Of a stretch of 64,000 nt of DNA, positions 49,001-58,591 are shown piece by piece. Position 1 is the stretch's first letter. Every line of letters begins with the position of its first letter. Below the pieces are notes generated by a model. It saw only the letters and a program-made list of their open reading frames with translations, had not been told where the DNA came from and did not search any database. The stretch spans positions 1,184,001 through 1,248,000 of the forward strand of contig CAXXVL010000002.1 of assembly GCA_963667845.2 (NCBI GenBank), given 5' to 3'. The DNA comes from Smithellaceae bacterium. GTDB taxonomy: Bacteria > Desulfobacterota > Syntrophia > Syntrophales > Smithellaceae. Position numbers and translations under genes: made by a program.

Positions 49001-49040
49001 AGGATTCTCCCTGATAAAATCCAGTTGATCTCAAATCTGG

Positions 49041-49253
49041 TTATGGGCCCTGCTCCTCAGACAGAAAAAAAATATCCTCAACGCGTACGCGAAGTATCTG
49101 TGCGATACGCATGGCCAGTTCCACCGAAGGTATGAATTTGCTGTTTTCGATGGAGTTGATCGTCTGGCGTGAGCAACCCGCTTTTTCGGCGACCTCCGCC
49201 TGAGTCAAATTCCCGTTGGTTACCCGGGCGATTTTGAGTTTGTTCTCAATCAT
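49041..49253 (-). CDS. XRE/Cro-type HTH transcriptional regulator
   Basis: LTQAEVAEKAGCSRQTINSIE..PSVELA..VEDIF. Confidence 0.9.
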   Translation of the reverse strand: MIENKLKIARVTNGNLTQAEVAEKAGCSRQTINSIENSKFIPSVELAMRIAQILRVRVEDIFFLSEEQGP

Positions 49254-49260
49254 GGGACGT

Positions 49261-49301
49261 ATGTAATGCATACTTGATAATATGTCAAGTATATTTTACA
49301 T
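49261..49301. promoter_or_regulatory. Tandem palindromic operator upstream of the XRE gene
   Basis: ATGTAA..ATACTTGA-N7-TCAAGTAT..TTACAT inverted repeat; contains TTGACA on the minus strand. Confidence 0.65.
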
Positions 49302-49525
49302 TATGGCGCGTTTGGTGGACATCCGGCAGGCCGCATTTAGAATTTTTCGCGGCGCGGGCAGTCCCTTAAATCAAAATGCTTGCCGGCCGCTCAAAAAAGG
49401 TTGTTTGGGCCAAAGCCAGTCAGGAAAGAGACTGCATGATGCCCGATCGGGCCCGACGATATTCCGAGGTATTATCCTCAGGGTTGAGCGAGGCTGTCGC
49501 TTCAGAGGAGTTGACCCGCTGGAAA

Positions 49526-50875
49526 TCACTTTCTCAGATAAAATTTTCCGGTCAAATGATCGGCTGTTGGATTTAAAGACGGGCTCTGGTTCACGTTCAG
49601 CCCTTTGGCTTCATCTTCCACAAGAGGTTTCATATACAGGTAAATCTCGGAGAGATTCCTGCGGCCATCTTTGATGGCTTTAAGAAAATAATAAGTAAAG
49701 ACGCCGTGGCCTTTGTCGGGTGAGGAAGTTGAAATCTGGTTGGCTTGCGCGGCCGTGAGAGAGGCAAGATGAGGATACGGCAAAGAAGTTGGTTCGGTCA
49801 TGATGACAAGAGGTCTCGCCCCCTTGGCCAGAACGCTCCTGCCGCCCGCGCCGGAAAAACAGGCGTCAATAACGATCACGACTTCCTTCGCCCTCAGCCC
49901 TCCCAGGACCGAATACAATTTTTTCAACGGGTAACCCGTTACGGAGAGATAGCTCGGATCTCCGTCATACGGCACCAGATATGATTCTCCGGATGACGGA
50001 TCAGGAGCGCCGTGTCCCGAATAATACACAAATACCCGGCCGTCTTCTCTGGCTTTGTTTTTGAGCCACACTTCAAGCGACTTGGCAATGCCTGAAAGCG
50101 TAGCTTTTTCATCCGTGATGAAATCAATATTTCTTTCTTTGATCCCCAATGCTCTGACATATTTCTTGACCAGCTGAGCGTCGTCGAAGGAATAATCGGA
50201 TTTCGGCAGGCTGCTGTAACCTTCAATACCGATGATGACGGCGAGGTCGTTGTCGCCCATGATGGTTTCGGCAGGGCTGAAAGCGGGATGATCGATGTCG
50301 GAGGTCACCGCTGCGGGTTCTTTTATGTTCTTTTTCTTTTCCTTTACGGCACCTTCAACGGCTTCCTGAACAATGCTTTTCAGATCTTCCCGGGACAAAG
50401 AGGACGACGGCGCGGTTTCCTCTTTCGGGATTAACTTCTGAATCAGTTTGATGGCCGCTTTCGCCTTGTAGGCGTCCGAATATTGGGGCGGGTAGGCTTC
50501 CAGGCTGGCAATGGCCTGGTCCGTGTTTGCTCCTCCGTCTATGAGCGCTTTGACGGTTTCCTTATGACCCATAAAAGCCGCCTGTACCAGAGGCGTGTAG
50601 CCGACGAAATTATCGGGTATGTCCGCGCGGGCTCCCCTTTGCAGCAGCAATTTCACGGCTTGGGTCTGTCCGGCACCTGCGGCGGAGTACAAAGCAGTAT
50701 ACCCGTTGCTGTCGCGCGTATTGATATCGTAACCCTGCTCGAGCAGCATCCGGATCTGGTTTCCGTCACCGCGCCGGGCGGCCTGGTGAAGCGGATATTC
50801 CCGGCACAAGGCTTCGGATGACAAAAGAAGCAGCATCAGTATCGGAATCCATAATTTGAAAGAATAGATTCTCAT
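49526..50875 (-). CDS. Exported ankyrin-repeat + caspase-like (peptidase C14) protein
   Basis: Signal peptide, three ankyrin repeats (PLHQAA, TALYSAA, TPLVQAA), YSGHG and DACFSG catalytic dyad. Confidence 0.85.
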   Translation of the reverse strand: MRIYSFKLWIPILMLLLLSSEALCREYPLHQAARRGDGNQIRMLLEQGYDINTRDSNGYTALYSAAGAGQTQAVKLLLQRGARADIPDNFVGYTPLVQAAFMGHKETVKALIDGGANTDQAIASLEAYPPQYSDAYKAKAAIKLIQKLIPKEETAPSSSLSREDLKSIVQEAVEGAVKEKKKNIKEPAAVTSDIDHPAFSPAETIMGDNDLAVIIGIEGYSSLPKSDYSFDDAQLVKKYVRALGIKERNIDFITDEKATLSGIAKSLEVWLKNKAREDGRVFVYYSGHGAPDPSSGESYLVPYDGDPSYLSVTGYPLKKLYSVLGGLRAKEVVIVIDACFSGAGGRSVLAKGARPLVIMTEPTSLPYPHLASLTAAQANQISTSSPDKGHGVFTYYFLKAIKDGRRNLSEIYLYMKPLVEDEAKGLNVNQSPSLNPTADHLTGKFYLRK

Positions 50876-50917
50876 ATCAAGTCAATCCGTTTTAAAACGA
50901 ATTCCGTTCGCGAGTCC

Positions 50918-52306
50918 TTACCATCGTTCCAGAATTTCCTTCGTCAATTCCGAGCGGATCGCCTGATCCAGATACACGCTTCCGAATAGGCGGCTGCCGC
51001 TCATTTTCGCATTGAGGACAGAAAGTCCGTTGGAGCGCTCGTCGAGCCAGGGGACGTCGATCTGATCGTAGGAGAAGTCGCCGGTAAAAACCATCTTCGT
51101 GCCTTCGCCGCCGCGCGTTGCGATGGCTTTGACATGCGACGGGGGGAGGTTCTGGATCTCGTCGACAATCACAAAGCACTTTTGGATGGAACGTCCCCGG
51201 ATCTTATCCAGATCCATCATCTCAATCTTTCCGTTGGCCAGCCATTCGTTGATCTTCTCCTTCATTTTCTCATCGACGAGTCCCTTGATGGCATTGATGT
51301 TGTCATAGATCGGGTGCATCCAGGGTTTCATTTTCGCGTCGATGTCGCCCGGCGAATAGCCCAGGCGGTCTTTGTTGCCCAACTGGATTGTTGCGCGGCT
51401 GACGAGGATCTGTCGGTAGTGGGAGGCCTGTTCAAAAGCGGCCAGAAGCGCCAGAAAGGTCTTGGCGGTTCCCGCCTTGCCGGTCAGTGCGACCAGCGGG
51501 ATAGACGCGTCCCGGAGGACGTCCATGGCGATGAACTGAGCCCAGTTGACGTCCCCGTTGTTCGACCTCGGCCTCACGCCCAGGAGGTGAATATCTTTTT
51601 CAATAATACGAAAATGATCTCCCTTGCGCACGGCGGCGAACGCCGGTCCCCACGCACCGCCGACATCGCAATAACAGACGATTCCTTCATTCGGCCGAAT
51701 CTGGTTCAATTGTGTCGTAAGCTTGGCCTCGGGAAGTTTGACGGGGAATGCCTTGTCGGAAATCCAGTGACGCTGAAGATTAATGGTTGTCCGGGAGGTA
51801 TGTTGCTGCTTGACGTCCGTTTGATCCATTTTAACCGACTGGACGTCGATGCCGAAGTTCAGCGCCAGTGTTTCGAGCGCCGCGTCCTGCGTGACAAGAA
51901 TAATTTTTTTATTGCGCAGCTTCTTTTTTGCATTGAGCGCCGTGGCGATGATGCAATGGTCGTTCTTGTCGCACTTGAGATCGGCGTCCTTCACCAGTTT
52001 GAAATCATAATGAAAGAAGCGAACGGAGTGATCTTTCATCCGAAACAAATTGCGGACGTTGCGGATGACGGTGCGCGCAATGTCCGCCTTGAAGTCGTTG
52101 CCGGTTTTGTGACTATCCAGTTCCTCCCAGGTTGCGTAAGGGATCAGGACGCAGTTGCGTCCGCCCTGACGGAGTTTTTCAAATACATCCATGCCGTATT
52201 CCAGAGCGCTGGTATCCACTACAAAATATTTCTCCGGAACTTTTCCCGACGCGCGAGCGGTCTGCTCCCCGCTCGCTTGTGTTTTGCCCTTTTTCGCATT
52301 CGTCAT
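50918..52306 (-). CDS. PIN-PhoH (PhoH2/YlaK-type) protein
   Basis: VVDTS, EELD, KNDHCII, LVTQD (PIN); GKAGTAKT, IRGRS, DEIQNL, GD..QID (PhoH). Confidence 0.88.
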   Translation of the reverse strand: MTNAKKGKTQASGEQTARASGKVPEKYFVVDTSALEYGMDVFEKLRQGGRNCVLIPYATWEELDSHKTGNDFKADIARTVIRNVRNLFRMKDHSVRFFHYDFKLVKDADLKCDKNDHCIIATALNAKKKLRNKKIILVTQDAALETLALNFGIDVQSVKMDQTDVKQQHTSRTTINLQRHWISDKAFPVKLPEAKLTTQLNQIRPNEGIVCYCDVGGAWGPAFAAVRKGDHFRIIEKDIHLLGVRPRSNNGDVNWAQFIAMDVLRDASIPLVALTGKAGTAKTFLALLAAFEQASHYRQILVSRATIQLGNKDRLGYSPGDIDAKMKPWMHPIYDNINAIKGLVDEKMKEKINEWLANGKIEMMDLDKIRGRSIQKCFVIVDEIQNLPPSHVKAIATRGGEGTKMVFTGDFSYDQIDVPWLDERSNGLSVLNAKMSGSRLFGSVYLDQAIRSELTKEILERW

Positions 52307-52682
52307 GAAGTCGCTCCTCGGCTGATGGGTTGTGATTTTATGATGTATGGAATTTCTGCGGCTGCACCTCCTGTGTTTCAGACGATGTGTTTTTCTTTCA
52401 GTTCTATTTTAACAGATTTGAAACATCCAACAAGCGGAAAGTTTGAAGGCACGAAAAATCAAAAGGCGCAGAGGAGGGGCAGGGATCGGGGCGGACAAAG
52501 TGATTCCACAGGACAAGATTTAAGAAGAAGGGGCCGGGCGTCAACCGGACAATTGCTTGGGCGCTGCACTTCTGTTATCTGTCCGCGTTATAAATCCGAG
52601 GCGGCGATCGACACATGATGATGTGCGCGACCGCTTCCTGATTCAGCAGATCAATCAAACGTGCGGAGCCAAATCTTCCCGG

Positions 52683-53480
52683 CTAGCGTCCGCCATATTT
52701 TAACTTTAGTTCCGCTAAACGCTTCATCTCCGGTTCGCTTAATTCGCGCGCTGCAAACAGCGCATTGCCGTCCGGACCGTCGATGCGGACGACGGATATT
52801 TTGAGCCCCGGTTTCCGGGGGATCTTCATATTTTCCCAGTCGAAAAATGCGTCCGGGGAAAGATACCAGTGAGACATCTGTCCCGGCTGCAATCCACCGT
52901 GAATATCGTATTGCAATTTCTTTCGATCCGACGGGGCCGCCTCCGCACCGCTCAGACTGCATTCCAGGTAAACACTGTAAACCGTGTAATGGGTCTCGTT
53001 TTTGACTTTCATTTCGATCACCGGTTTTTCGCCCAGCATTTCATCCCTCCGGATATAGAAACGCGAAGACAGTATGCGAAAGTGCGCCAGCTGGTCGCCG
53101 GCATCAAGAAACGATTTATATTTGGCTTCAAGCGCTGCGAGTTCCTGCCTTTCCAGGTTCATCTCCTGTTTTTCGCGCTCACCCTTGACCCGAGCCGCTT
53201 CTGCGATAATTTGCTCCGCATTCTTGCCGTCCAGGCTCAATCGCACCTCTTCGGTCATTTCAGCCGATTCGGCTGCCGGATCATTGGTCCGCAGGCTGCC
53301 TTGCAGTATCGTCCGGATCGCCCTCTCGAATTCCGGTCTCCGGCTTTCCGGGAGAGCATACTTTAATCGGCTGATCGATTCCTTTGTTGTTTCCGGGGAA
53401 GAAGCATTAAATTTGGAATCACTGCTGCACGCGGCAAGCAGTGCAGCGGTTAGAATAAATACCATCATCTTTTTTTTCAT
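52683..53480 (-). CDS. Lipoprotein (DUF6694-like)
   Basis: Lipobox LAAC; RBS GGAGG. Confidence 0.7.
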   Translation of the reverse strand: MKKKMMVFILTAALLAACSSDSKFNASSPETTKESISRLKYALPESRRPEFERAIRTILQGSLRTNDPAAESAEMTEEVRLSLDGKNAEQIIAEAARVKGEREKQEMNLERQELAALEAKYKSFLDAGDQLAHFRILSSRFYIRRDEMLGEKPVIEMKVKNETHYTVYSVYLECSLSGAEAAPSDRKKLQYDIHGGLQPGQMSHWYLSPDAFFDWENMKIPRKPGLKISVVRIDGPDGNALFAARELSEPEMKRLAELKLKYGGR

Positions 53481-53664
53481 GCTGCGACCTCCACGAAATG
53501 AAGCCGGTTATTATCTTCCTTCAACCAGAACCCGTGTGTATGCGTCAACGCCCGAATTACTCCGCATCAATGCATGCATCAAGCTGATAAAGTTTCGCTG
53601 CATGTGTATTTGGCAACGAAGTCCGGTCAAAAGACAGATCCCCGGGATGCCTCATGTTATTCTG

Positions 53665-54120
53665 TCAATAAATTCCCATCGCACAGCCGCCCGCGAGCGT
53701 GCCGCCGAGCTCGCGGCATTGGTCCAGAATTTCTCCCGTTATTCCCCCCTTGGCGATAACCGGAGTGAAAACCGTTTTAAATTTGTAGCCCAGGGCGATG
53801 CGTTCAACGGCCCGGAGCGCACCCGTCCCATCGTTGCCTGCGCTGATGAAGACCACAAAAGGCTTGCGAAAGACCTTCTCCTGTGCCGCGCCGTACGTGC
53901 GATCGAAAAAATCCTTGACCATGCCGGACATGTAACCGAAGTTTTCCGGCGTGCCGATCGCCAGACCGTCGCACAAAAGCAGATCAGCAAGTGTTGCGTC
54001 TGCGGCTTTCTTTAAAATGACTTCGACCCCGTCAATGGCTTTCGCGCCTTCGCGGACGGCTTCAGCCATCTGTTTTGTGTGCCCGGTTTGGGAATGATAA
54101 ACGATGAGTATTTTAATCAT
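53665..54120 (-). CDS. Flavodoxin family protein (WrbA-like)
   Basis: YHSQTGHT, GTPENFGYMSG. Confidence 0.85.
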   Translation of the reverse strand: MIKILIVYHSQTGHTKQMAEAVREGAKAIDGVEVILKKAADATLADLLLCDGLAIGTPENFGYMSGMVKDFFDRTYGAAQEKVFRKPFVVFISAGNDGTGALRAVERIALGYKFKTVFTPVIAKGGITGEILDQCRELGGTLAGGCAMGIY

Positions 54121-54290
54121 AAAAAGCAGGCTGTAGCCTTTTTAGCCTGTAGGCTGTTAGAAAATAATGCAGGGAACGGTCGTATGACAGGTTATTGAAA
54201 CCGTTCCCTGCTGGATCAAGATTGTTACCCCCTTGTCCTGGGGGGCGCGGCACAGGCTGAGAGCCTGTTCGCAATGACAATATTGTTCTT

Positions 54291-55043
54291 TTATGGCATT
54301 TTAGCAATAATGCCCAGGAAGCCCTCGGCTTTTAATGATGCTCCGCCGACCAGCGCGCCGTCAATGTCCTCGATGGCAATCAATTCGGCAATATTATCTT
54401 TTGTAACACTGCCGCCGTAAAGAATACGGACATCCGCGCCCGCGCATCCGTAAATTTCGACAAGCAGACGGCGAATGAAATCGTGAACATCATCGGCCTG
54501 CTCAGGCGTTGCCACCTTGCCCGTTCCGATCGCCCAGACCGGTTCATAAGCAACGACCAGCCGATCCATCTGATCGACGCCGACGCCATCCAGTGCTTTG
54601 CGTACCTGGCGGCTTACCACCGCTTCGGTAACGCCGGTGTTTCTTTCACCGTCCGTCTCGCCGACGCAGACGATCGGCTTCAAACCGGTGACCAGCGCTT
54701 TCCTGACTTTCAGATTAACCTGTTCATCGCTTTCATTAAAATACTTCCGGCGTTCGGAGTGTCCGACAAGCACATAAGCGCATCCGGCGTCCTTGAGCAT
54801 CAGAGGAGAGACCTCGCCGGTGAAGGCGCCCTTGTCTTCATGATACATATTTTGGGCGGCCAGCATTACTTTGGTCCCCTTGAGAGTCTCTCCGACGCTT
54901 TGCAGCGCGGTAAATGGCGGAGCCACGACGACTTCGCCGTTTTTCACGGCGGTCGTTGCATCTTTAATCGCCTGGGCCAGGCTAACGGATTCGGCAATTG
55001 TGTTGTGCATTTTCCAGTTGCCGGCGACGATCCAATTTCTCAT
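54291..55043 (-). CDS. tpiA: Triosephosphate isomerase
   Basis: AGNWKM, GHSERR, AYEPVWAIGTG, LVGGASL. Confidence 0.98.
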   Translation of the reverse strand: MRNWIVAGNWKMHNTIAESVSLAQAIKDATTAVKNGEVVVAPPFTALQSVGETLKGTKVMLAAQNMYHEDKGAFTGEVSPLMLKDAGCAYVLVGHSERRKYFNESDEQVNLKVRKALVTGLKPIVCVGETDGERNTGVTEAVVSRQVRKALDGVGVDQMDRLVVAYEPVWAIGTGKVATPEQADDVHDFIRRLLVEIYGCAGADVRILYGGSVTKDNIAELIAIEDIDGALVGGASLKAEGFLGIIAKMP

Positions 55044-55058
55044 GATGTTTCCCCCGAC

Positions 55059-56234
55059 CTAACCCAGTGCGGCCACTGCCGGCAGCGTCTTGCCTTCCAG
55101 CAGTTCCAGAAAAGCGCCGCCGCCTGTGGAGATGTAAGAAATCTTATCGCTGAGGCCGGTCTTGTGTATGGCGGTATCGGTATCACCGCCGCCGACGATC
55201 GTGAGCGCGCCCGAAGCAACGGCCGCATCCACCAGCCGGAAAGTGCCGGCCGAAAAAGGCGCCAGCTCAAACATACCCAGCGGGCCGTTCCAGACAATCG
55301 TTTTGGCACTCTTCACTGCAGCGGAAAACGCTGCAATACTTGCCGGGCCGATATCAAGTCCCATCCATTCATCGGGAATATCTTTGATGTCAACCACTTT
55401 AATTTCTGCATCTGCTGCCGGCGCTTTCGCGATGACGGCATCGACCGGCAGGAGAAACTGCACATTCTTGGCTTTGGCTTTGTCCATGATCTTCCGGGCC
55501 AGCTCCAGCATTTCCGTTTCGCACAGCGACTTCCCGACGTTAAAACCCTGAGCTTTTAAAAACGTGAAGGCCATACCGCCGCCCACGACCAGACGGTCCA
55601 CATTATCAATAACATTTTCCAAAACCTTGATCTTGTCGGACACTTTGGCTCCGCCGATAATGGCGACGAGCGGCCTTGCGGGATTCTTCATGGCCTTGTT
55701 GAAATATTCAATTTCATTTTTTAACAGGAAGCCCGCGGCGCACACGGGGACAAACTTGGTAATGGCGGTATTCGATGCCGCCGCGCGATGCGATACGGCA
55801 AATGCGTCATTGATATAGACGTCACAAAGTTTGGCGAGTTCCTGTGCGAAGGCGTCATCGTTTTTGTCCTCGCCCGGATGAAAGCGGAGGTTTTCCAGGA
55901 GAATCACATCGCCCGCTTTCATCGCCCCAACGGCCTCAAGGGCTTTGTCGCCGATGCAGTCATCGATGAAGGGGACGTCCTTTTTCAACAGTGAGGCCAG
56001 AATCGGGGCAACCGGCCTCAGTGAGAATTCGGGAACCGGTTTGCCTTTAGGCCTGCCGAGATGGGACGCAACGATCACACGAGCTCCCTTTTCCCGGATA
56101 TAATTAATCGTGGCCAGGCTGGCCTTCACCCGCGTGTCATCCGTGACCTTGCCCGACTTATCCATCGGTACGTTGAAATCCACCCGCACCAACACCTTCT
56201 TTCCGCTCACATCAATTTGATCCAAGTACTTCAT
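55059..56234 (-). CDS. pgk: Phosphoglycerate kinase
   Basis: RVDFNVP, SHLGRPKG, GGAKVSDKI, STGGGA. Confidence 0.98.
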   Translation of the reverse strand: MKYLDQIDVSGKKVLVRVDFNVPMDKSGKVTDDTRVKASLATINYIREKGARVIVASHLGRPKGKPVPEFSLRPVAPILASLLKKDVPFIDDCIGDKALEAVGAMKAGDVILLENLRFHPGEDKNDDAFAQELAKLCDVYINDAFAVSHRAAASNTAITKFVPVCAAGFLLKNEIEYFNKAMKNPARPLVAIIGGAKVSDKIKVLENVIDNVDRLVVGGGMAFTFLKAQGFNVGKSLCETEMLELARKIMDKAKAKNVQFLLPVDAVIAKAPAADAEIKVVDIKDIPDEWMGLDIGPASIAAFSAAVKSAKTIVWNGPLGMFELAPFSAGTFRLVDAAVASGALTIVGGGDTDTAIHKTGLSDKISYISTGGGAFLELLEGKTLPAVAALG

Positions 56235-56260
56235 GCCTGTAACCTCTCGTTAGGTATTTT

Positions 56261-57259
56261 TTATTTCATGATGAACAACAGGAGTTCCAGCATACGGTTG
56301 GAAAAACCCCATTCGTTGTCGTACCATGAAAGTATTTTCACCATTTTGCCGCCGATGACGATTGTGTTGGGCAAATCCACGATCGACGAATGGGGATTGC
56401 CGTTGAAATCTTTGGAGACCAGCTCTTCCTCTGAGCACATTAAAATGCCCTTGAGCGACTTTTGCGAATATTCCTTGAGTTTATTATTGACTTCCTGCTT
56501 GCTCGTTTCGCGCGAAAGCGTTGCCACAAAATCGACCAGGGACACATTGGGCGTGGGCACGCGGATGGCCAGACCGTCGAGTTTGCCTTTCATCTCGGGA
56601 ATCACTTCGGCAATGGCCCGGGCGGCGCCCGTTGTGGTCGGAATCATGGAAAGAGCCGCAGCGCGCGCCCGGCGCAAATCCTTATGCGCTTCGTCGATCA
56701 CCACCTGATCATTGGTATAGGAATGAATTGTCGTCATCAAACCGTATTCCACGCCGAATTCCTCATGAAGGATTTTGACGATCGGCGCCAGACAGTTGGT
56801 GGTGCAGGACCCCATGGAAATGATGTGGTGCTTGCTTTTGTCGTAATCTTCGGCGTTGACACCGAAAACAAAGATGACGTCCGGTGATTTGGCGGGCGCC
56901 GAGACAACGACTTTTTTTGCGCCGGCCTGGAGGTGTTTTTCCGCGCCGGCACGATCCGTGAACCGGCCTGTGCTCTCCAGAACGACATCGATGCCCAGGT
57001 CTCTCCAGGGCAGGGTTTCCGGGTCGCGTACCGCAAAAGCCTTGATCTCTTTTCCATCGACCAGAATCGCATTGGGTGCGGATTTTACATCCGCATCGAG
57101 CGTGCCGTGAATGGAGTCGTATTTGAGCAGATGAGCCATTGTTTTAGCGTCGGCGAGGTCATTGATGGCAACAAATTCAATATCTTTGTTCTTGTAACCG
57201 GCGCGATAGACCAGTCGGCCGATTCTTCCGAAACCGTTGATGGCTACTCTGACGGGCAT
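56261..57259 (-). CDS. gap: Glyceraldehyde-3-phosphate dehydrogenase type I
   Basis: INGFGRIGR, SCTTNC, WYDNEWG. Confidence 0.98.
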   Translation of the reverse strand: MPVRVAINGFGRIGRLVYRAGYKNKDIEFVAINDLADAKTMAHLLKYDSIHGTLDADVKSAPNAILVDGKEIKAFAVRDPETLPWRDLGIDVVLESTGRFTDRAGAEKHLQAGAKKVVVSAPAKSPDVIFVFGVNAEDYDKSKHHIISMGSCTTNCLAPIVKILHEEFGVEYGLMTTIHSYTNDQVVIDEAHKDLRRARAAALSMIPTTTGAARAIAEVIPEMKGKLDGLAIRVPTPNVSLVDFVATLSRETSKQEVNNKLKEYSQKSLKGILMCSEEELVSKDFNGNPHSSIVDLPNTIVIGGKMVKILSWYDNEWGFSNRMLELLLFIMK

Positions 57260-57558
57260 AGCTTTCTCCTTTTACCAGATTGCTTTTCGGGGACTGACTT
57301 TATCGGCAGTGTCGTTATCCTTTGGCAAGCAACATGGTATGAATAACGGACAGGAGAAGATTAATCAAAAGGCCGGGGGAAGTCAACCCATTTCTCCCCG
57401 GCTGCAGGCCCCCTTCACAACGGCTCACGGTCTAAGACAGCCGGGAGGCAAAAGGAATTTGTTGTGTTGAAGTAATGCCTTTTATTTGCTACAAATCGGG
57501 CAGGACAGGATTTACCTAAGAGGGCACCACGGGAAAAAATTGTCCCCCCGAAGATACT

Positions 57559-57647
57559 GTGAAAAAAGCAAAGATTATCTGCACGATCGGCCGGATTCCG
57601 CAGCCGAAAACGCCATGCAATCTTTGATGCTGAGAGTAAAAAGACTG
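57559..57647 (+). pseudogene. pyk: Pyruvate kinase N-terminal remnant (frameshifted, truncated)
   Basis: GTG-KKAKIICTIG, then with one C restored P-DSAAENAMQSLM; matches the PK N-terminal motif KI(I/V)CT(I/L)GPxS. Confidence 0.7.
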
Positions 57648-57665
57648 AAATAAAGAAGAGGAAAG

Positions 57666-57766
57666 GGGTGCAAGGATCAAGGACAAAGGATAGAACGGGA
57701 TGTGAAGACTCCCCCTCGAATTCTTGAATAGCGTTTGGCCTTTAACCTTGTCCCTTGATCCTGCGC
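57666..57766. repeat. Inverted heptamer-repeat element
   Basis: caaggat-caaggac-aaaggat opposite ctttaac-cttgtcc-cttgatc. Confidence 0.6.
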
Positions 57767-57786
57767 GAAGCGCATAAGGAGGTTCC

Positions 57787-58356
57787 ATGCAGATTTTAGC
57801 GTTTAACGGTTCACCGCGTCCCAAAGGAAATACATCCGCCATTGTTGCGTCCATGTTGGAAGGGGCGCGGTCGAGCGGTGCGGAAACAGCGGAAATTCGG
57901 CTTCACGACATTAACTTCAAGGGATGTCTGGGCTGTTTGGGCTGCCGTAAAAATCCCGGTTTTTGCAGTGCCAAAGATGAGCTCAGCCCCTACCTGGAGG
58001 CGATTAAGACCTGTACCGGGATGATTATCGGCTGTCCGATTTATATGTATCGCATTTCCGGGCAGATGAAACTTTTTGTAGACCGCATCTATTCGCTTTA
58101 TGCCAATCTCCCTCAAGGCGGCTATAAATCGATGGTGCCGGCGGGTAAAACCTATGCGCTCGTCACCTCTCAGGGCGCCCCCGATCCCGTGCAGTACACA
58201 AAATCCATTAATTATCTCGCCGGAATGACCGGAAGCGGCCTGGGCATGGATGTTGTGGGGAAGATTATTCATACCGAAAGCGCTGAAAAACCCGCGTCGG
58301 GCAACGGGGATCTTCTGGAAAGGGCTTTTGATATCGGCCGTAAAATGGTCCGCTAA
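57787..58356 (+). CDS. Iron-sulfur flavoprotein / flavodoxin family
   Basis: NGSPRPKGNT, CLGCLGC..C, PIY, KLFVDR. Confidence 0.87.
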   Translation: MQILAFNGSPRPKGNTSAIVASMLEGARSSGAETAEIRLHDINFKGCLGCLGCRKNPGFCSAKDELSPYLEAIKTCTGMIIGCPIYMYRISGQMKLFVDRIYSLYANLPQGGYKSMVPAGKTYALVTSQGAPDPVQYTKSINYLAGMTGSGLGMDVVGKIIHTESAEKPASGNGDLLERAFDIGRKMVR

Positions 58357-58591
58357 TGCCAAGTTGCGTAAATTGCCGCCCTGCAGGCAGCAATTACCGG
58401 TAAGGAAATATTTTGTGAGTCAGGCGCTCCCTTGCCCAGATGCGCCTTCCGGTCTTGGTAAACTTTGCTGACCGCGTCGCGTGACCCCTGACGCGGAGGT
58501 CGGCTTCCTCGGCGGATTACAATACGCCTGCGGGGCCTCTTCCTTGCCGAAGCTGATTCCGGGAATGCAATTTGGTATCAATAGAGGTTTT

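Noticed and set aside
51458..51484. Non-canonical Walker A (GKAGTAKT) in PhoH as a sign of inactivation
   Set aside because: Lys-Thr is retained, and I recall GTAKT as a natural variant in PIN-PhoH proteins.
51134..52618. 494-aa plus-strand ORF
   Set aside because: Antisense shadow of PIN-PhoH with no recognisable motifs or RBS; expected from codon bias.
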